Of a stretch of DNA of 11,323 nt, positions 7,410 to 11,323 are shown in pieces; the first letter of the stretch is position 1, and every line of letters starts with the position of its first letter. Where the stretch lies: positions 1 through 11,323 of the forward strand of contig JAXDQU010000005.1 in assembly GCA_034667685.1 (NCBI GenBank), read 5' to 3'. The notes below the pieces were generated by a model that was not told where the DNA came from, made no database searches, and saw only the letters and a program-made list of their open reading frames with translations. Made by a program: the position numbers and the translations under genes. Source of the DNA: Thermoplasmata archaeon (GTDB taxonomy: Archaea; Thermoplasmatota; SW-10-69-26; JACQPN01; JAJPHT01).

Positions 7410-7425
7410 CCGGAAAACTATTCAT
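7410..7425 (+). promoter_or_regulatory. Putative BRE/TATA-like element for the RNase Z gene
   Basis: ccggaaaa-ctattcat ends 26 bp upstream of ATG 7451, matching the spacing seen at other genes in the window. Confidence 0.45.
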
Positions 7426-7450
7426 GGAGCGCAGGGATCGCCGCTTCTAC

Positions 7451-8431
7451 ATGCACGAGAACATGGAGCTGCTCTTCCTGGGCACGGGCGCCTCGTGGCC
7501 CTCGGTCGAGCGGAACGTGCCCGCGGTCGCGCTCAAGCGCGGCAGCGAGATCCTCCTGTTCGACTGCGGCGAGGGCACGCAGCGCCAGTTCCAGCGCAGC
7601 GGCGCCTCGTACATGCAGGTGGCGAAGATCTTCATCACGCACCTGCACGGCGACCACTACTACGGGCTGCCCGGCCTCGTGCAGACCATGCGCCTCAACG
7701 ACCGCAAGGAGCCCCTGCAGATCATCGGGCCGCCGGGCCTCAAGCAGAAGTGCATCGACTTCGACGTCGTGCCGCGCGAGAGCAAGGACAACCGCAAGCG
7801 CGACACCGGCTTCAAGGTGCAGATCGCCGAGGTCACGAGCGGCCAGGTCATGGAGTTCCCGGGCTACAAGGTCATCGCGCGCGAGGTGCGCCACACGACC
7901 TACGCGCTCGCCTACGCGGTGGTCGAGGACTCGCGCCCCGGCCGCTTCAACAAGCCGCGCGCCTTGGAGCTCGGCGTCCCCGAGGGCAAGATGTTCGGGC
8001 AGCTCCAGCGCGGCGAGGCCGTGACGCTGGAGGACGGGCGCGCCATCACGCCCGACATGGTGCTCGGCCCCACGCGCCGCGGCCGGAAGTTCGTCTACAC
8101 CGGCGATTGCGTGCCCTGCGAGCAGACCGTCGAATTGGCGCAGGGCGCGGACATCCTCGTCCACGAGTCGACCTACGCCAACGACTTCCCGGACGCGAAC
8201 AAGCACGGCCACAGCACCTCCGCGCAGGCCGCGTTCATCGCCAAGGCCGCGAAGGTCAACACGCTCTACCTGACGCACATCTCGCCGCGCTACACCAACG
8301 CCAAGCCGCTCGTGGAGGAGGCGCGCAAGATCTTCCCCGAGACGCACGAGGCGCACGACCTCCTGCAGGTCGTCGTGAAGTTCCCGCCTGACGAAGAGGC
8401 CGCGGCGCCCGAGACGAAGCCGACCTCGTGA
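7451..8431 (+). CDS. rnz: Ribonuclease Z (tRNA 3' endonuclease, metallo-beta-lactamase fold)
   Basis: FLGTGASWPSVERNV, LFDCGEGTQRQ, ITHLHGDH (HxHxDH), flexible-arm region GRFNKPRALELGVPEG, then YTGD, HEST, HST and THISPRY. Start is 7451 or 7463 rather than 7424. Confidence 0.95.
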   Translation: MHENMELLFLGTGASWPSVERNVPAVALKRGSEILLFDCGEGTQRQFQRSGASYMQVAKIFITHLHGDHYYGLPGLVQTMRLNDRKEPLQIIGPPGLKQKCIDFDVVPRESKDNRKRDTGFKVQIAEVTSGQVMEFPGYKVIAREVRHTTYALAYAVVEDSRPGRFNKPRALELGVPEGKMFGQLQRGEAVTLEDGRAITPDMVLGPTRRGRKFVYTGDCVPCEQTVELAQGADILVHESTYANDFPDANKHGHSTSAQAAFIAKAAKVNTLYLTHISPRYTNAKPLVEEARKIFPETHEAHDLLQVVVKFPPDEEAAAPETKPTS

Positions 8432-8466
8432 GAAAGGATAACAACCCCCGCTGCGCTGGCGACGGC

Positions 8467-9024
8467 GTGCATCTGCGGCGCGTCGTCGCGTGGGCGACTC
8501 TCCTGCCCCCCGTCATCCTTCTCGTGGAGCGGGCTTCGCTCTTCTCCCAGCTGGGGGCGCCGTGGTGGGCCTACGCCCTGAACGCCCTCTTCTTGGCGCC
8601 CACCCTGCTCGGCTACGCGCTGATGGCGCGCGGCTTCTGGCTGCTTCCCGAGGCGCGCGGCCGCGGTTTCCTCGCGGGCGGGCTCCTGGCCCAGGCGACC
8701 TCGCTCTTCGCGTCGACCCTCATCGTCGCGGCCCAGGGGAGCGTCGTCCTGTTCGCGCTGCCGGCGGTCTACCTCGTGCTGGTGGGGACCGCCTGCGCGC
8801 TCGCGGCCGCCTGGTGGGACGGGCACGGGCCCTCGCGTCTGGGCGTGGCGATCTACTTCGTGCTCGTCGGGATCGTCGACGTCCTCTTCCTCGCGGTCGA
8901 TCGGACGCCGCGCTCCGCCATCCTGAGCCTGCTGACCGCCGCGATCGCCTTCGCGCAGGCGTGGGTCCTGCTGCCGGGGATGGGGGCGGCGCCGGACGAG
9001 GGCGCGCCTCAGACCGTGGCGTAG
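8467..9024 (+). CDS. Hypothetical integral membrane protein (~6 TM helices)
   Basis: Successive hydrophobic segments and GC3-rich codons. It fills the gap between rnz and the convergent wHTH gene, overlapping the latter by 16 nt. GTG 8467 follows gaaaggataaca at promoter-like spacing; GTG 8428 is an alternative start. Confidence 0.65.
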   Translation: MHLRRVVAWATLLPPVILLVERASLFSQLGAPWWAYALNALFLAPTLLGYALMARGFWLLPEARGRGFLAGGLLAQATSLFASTLIVAAQGSVVLFALPAVYLVLVGTACALAAAWWDGHGPSRLGVAIYFVLVGIVDVLFLAVDRTPRSAILSLLTAAIAFAQAWVLLPGMGAAPDEGAPQTVA

Positions 9025-10259
9025 CGCATCGTGCGCCCGCTCCCTTCGGCCCGCACGCGCCCTTCCTTCGCCATGCGCTTGAGGTGGTAGTGCAATGCCT
9101 GCCGCGAGACGCCAAGCTCGCGCGCCAGGTCCGCGAGGCCGCGCGGGCCCGCGCGCAGGCCGTCGAGCGCGCGCTCCGCGAGCGAGGGGGCGCCCGCGAC
9201 GCGGCCTCCGGCGACGGGGTAGAAGCGGCGCTGCTGGCCGTCGCGCGCGCTGAAGATGACGCCGCTGCGCTCCAGCACCCGCGCGTGGTAGGTGAGCGCG
9301 CCGGCCCCGAGGTCGAGGCGGCGCGCGGCCTCGCCGAACGCGATGCCCGGCTCGGCGTGCACGAGGTCCGCGAGCGCGTTGCGCGTGGGCTGGTCGAGCA
9401 CGCGGTGGGGCGCGAGGCGCGTGTAGAGCGCGGCCGCGAGGAAGGGCCAGCGCCTGCGCAGGAGCAGCGCCGAGGCGCCCATCGCGGTGACGCCTCCGCC
9501 CGCCGCGACCAGCAGCGCCGTGCCACCGCCATGCGCGGGCGGGACGGGCGGCGCGGCCTGCGCGACGTGGAGGCGGAACGGCGCGGCGGCGGGCGAGGCG
9601 AGGATGCGCCCTTCGGCGTCGCCGGTCGTGGCGTCGGCCGCAGCGCGCAGCGTGATCGGCACGTCGAGGTAGCCCCCGGGCGGGACGGGCTGCGGCGCGA
9701 AGGCCGGCGTCGCGCTCACACCCGCGGGGAGCTGGAAGAGGAGCGTCGGCGTCCAGGGCGCGCTTCCCTGGTTGCCGAGCATCGCGTGGACGACCGTCTC
9801 GCCTCCGACGCTGAGGTTCACGTCCTGGGGCGTGAGGCGGATGGCCTGCGCGGTGGCGGCGGCGGTGGCGGGCTGGCCGAGGATGCGCAAGGAGAGAGGC
9901 GCCTTGATCTCGGGGAGCGCGTGCGCGACGTCCTGCGCCAGGAGGTCGACGGTGATATCGCCAGGCGTGGCGTTCGCGTCGACGTGGACGAGCGCCGGGA
10001 CGGCGAGCTTCCCGTTCGCGGGCACCGTCACGGTCCAGTTCCTGTAGGAGACGTGGACCGCGGCGGGACCCGCGAAGCTGAACGTCAGCGTGATATCATG
10101 GGCGAGGCCGTTGGAGAAGGTGAAGTTCGTGCGCGCGTCGCCGCCCGGCGCAACCTGCGCGGTGGCCGGCGCCGCGGCCGCGGTGAGGCTGCCCTGCGCG
10201 TGCGCCAGCGGGACCGCCAGCGCGGAGGCTGCGAGCAGGACGATCAGGATCGCGCGCAC
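9009..10259 (-). CDS. Membrane-anchored transcriptional regulator: signal peptide, two Ig-like beta-sandwich domains, TM helix, tandem winged-HTH (COG3398-like)
   Basis: VRAILIVLLAASALAVPLAHA signal peptide; beta-rich ectodomain (LGNQGSAP, PVPPGGYLDVPITL); TM TALLVAAGGGVTAMGASALLL followed by RRR. wHTH1 LYTRL..VLDQPTR..PGIAFGE..GALTYHARVLERSG..RRFYP; wHTH2 LADLARELGVSRQALHYHLKRM. GGAGG upstream of GTG 10259. Confidence 0.85.
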   Translation of the reverse strand: MRAILIVLLAASALAVPLAHAQGSLTAAAAPATAQVAPGGDARTNFTFSNGLAHDITLTFSFAGPAAVHVSYRNWTVTVPANGKLAVPALVHVDANATPGDITVDLLAQDVAHALPEIKAPLSLRILGQPATAAATAQAIRLTPQDVNLSVGGETVVHAMLGNQGSAPWTPTLLFQLPAGVSATPAFAPQPVPPGGYLDVPITLRAAADATTGDAEGRILASPAAAPFRLHVAQAAPPVPPAHGGGTALLVAAGGGVTAMGASALLLRRRWPFLAAALYTRLAPHRVLDQPTRNALADLVHAEPGIAFGEAARRLDLGAGALTYHARVLERSGVIFSARDGQQRRFYPVAGGRVAGAPSLAERALDGLRAGPRGLADLARELGVSRQALHYHLKRMAKEGRVRAEGSGRTMRYATV

Positions 10260-10296
10260 GCTCGTCTCCCTCCCCAGGCCTCTGCGCTTGCCCCCC

Positions 10297-11220
10297 TTAA
10301 CTGCTCCCCTCGGGAGCGAGGGGCTCGACGCGGCCCTGGCCGTCCACGACGAGGATGACGACCTTGCGGTCCGCGAGGCCGTGCGCCTGGAGATAGGCCT
10401 CGATCGCGCGCATGAGAGCCGCGTCCGTGCTGGGCGCGACTGGGGGCGTGGGCCTGGGCGTCGGAGGCGCGGCGACGTGGACCAGGAGGCGCGCGTCGTG
10501 GCGCTCGCCCGCGGCATCGGCACCCTCGACGATCACCACGAGGTCGCCCTTCGCGTCGGCGGGCACGGCCACGCGGAGCGCGTCGGAGGCGGGCGTGGCG
10601 GGGCCCGCGTCGATCGTCGCGCTGGCGAGCGAGGCGTTCGCGCCGTCCCGCACCGAGAGCGCGATCGTGCGGTTGGTGTACGCCTTCGCATAGAGCGTCG
10701 CGGTCACGGTCTGGCCGGGGCGCGCCTCGATCCGGCTCGGGGAGAAGCCCATCATCCACGTCTGCGTCGGCTTGGCCGTGGCCGTGGGCGTCGTGGCGTG
10801 CTCGGCGCCCAGCACGTGCACCAGGAGGCCCACCGACTGCGTCTCGCCGGTGCTGCTGGCGACCGCGATCGTCAGCTTCTCATCCTGCCGCGAGGCGTTG
10901 TCGGCCGCCGCGAAGTACGCGTCGACGTGGTCGTCCCAGCGGCCGGGCGAGACGTTGATCGTGTCGGCCGAGAGCGCGGCCTTCAGCGGCGGCGTCGCGC
11001 CGATCAGCTTCACGCTGAGCACCTGCGCGACGTCGGCCTGCGCGCCCAGCTTGGTGTGGAGCGGCTCGCCGGGGCGCAGCCAGATCTCGGTGGGCTCGAT
11101 CCTCAGCCGCGCGTGCGAGGAGGGGGCGGTGTCGGTGTTCGCGGATTCGTATTGCGCCGCGGCGCCGCCCGCAACGAGCAGGACGGCGGCCGCGAGGCTC
11201 AGCATCAGGTTCCGGTTCAT
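10297..11220 (-). CDS. Secreted hypothetical protein with two Ig-like domains, Thr/Pro-rich linkers and a short C-terminal alpha/beta segment
   Basis: Signal peptide MNRNLMLSLAAAVLLVAGGAAA. Two related beta-rich units starting IEPTEIWLRPGE and FSPSRIEARPGQ, both ending LLVHV. Linkers ATTPTATAKPT and APPTPRPTPPVAP. Confidence 0.75.
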   Translation of the reverse strand: MNRNLMLSLAAAVLLVAGGAAAQYESANTDTAPSSHARLRIEPTEIWLRPGEPLHTKLGAQADVAQVLSVKLIGATPPLKAALSADTINVSPGRWDDHVDAYFAAADNASRQDEKLTIAVASSTGETQSVGLLVHVLGAEHATTPTATAKPTQTWMMGFSPSRIEARPGQTVTATLYAKAYTNRTIALSVRDGANASLASATIDAGPATPASDALRVAVPADAKGDLVVIVEGADAAGERHDARLLVHVAAPPTPRPTPPVAPSTDAALMRAIEAYLQAHGLADRKVVILVVDGQGRVEPLAPEGSS

Positions 11221-11255
11221 GGTTGGTACCCGACACCGAGGGGAGCGGGCACCGG

Positions 11256-11309
11256 GTATTGCCGACGTTGGAAGGGTTTTGACGCGGCTGGCGTACCAGC
11301 CGGCAATAC
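11256..11309. promoter_or_regulatory. Spaced 9-bp perfect inverted repeat upstream of the secreted-protein/wHTH gene pair
   Basis: gtattgccg (11256-11264) and cggcaatac (11301-11309), 36 nt apart, in non-coding DNA. Confidence 0.45.
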
Positions 11310-11323
11310 TCCCTACCGCTGGC

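Noticed and set aside
7219-7425. 69-aa N-terminal extension of RadB in the ORF track
   Set aside because: It reads through the heptamer palindrome and promoter region. RadB homology begins at MRLPLACGPLD (7218).
10260-10523. 88-aa N-terminal extension of the wHTH regulator
   Set aside because: It overlaps the upstream gene. A signal peptide and Shine-Dalgarno support GTG 10259.

Overview
High-GC, gene-dense archaeal DNA. It is most likely from a Thermoplasmatota-type euryarchaeote (inference from RadB, an archaeal RNase Z, an XPF/ERCC4 nuclease, a COG3398-like wHTH protein and BRE/TATA-like elements about 25-33 bp before apparently leaderless starts). Eleven genes are supported: a secreted Asp-box (sialidase-fold) protein, a PNPOx-family flavin-binding protein, a CPA2 cation:proton antiporter with RCK_C domains, a short XPF/ERCC4 nuclease, a putative DUF4258-like toxin with a Zn-ribbon-AbrB antitoxin, RadB, RNase Z, a small membrane protein, a membrane-tethered wHTH regulator with an Ig-like ectodomain, and a secreted Ig-like protein. 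The most unusual signals are two intergenic palindromes built from short tandem repeats. One is a 70-bp, 34/35-paired heptamer palindrome at 7332-7401, bracketed by a 9-bp direct repeat. The other is an octamer palindrome at 4912-4980, nested in an outer ~20-bp inverted repeat. They may belong to an undescribed repeat, mobile-cassette or structured-RNA family. All protein calls come from motif recognition by eye; no searches were run.
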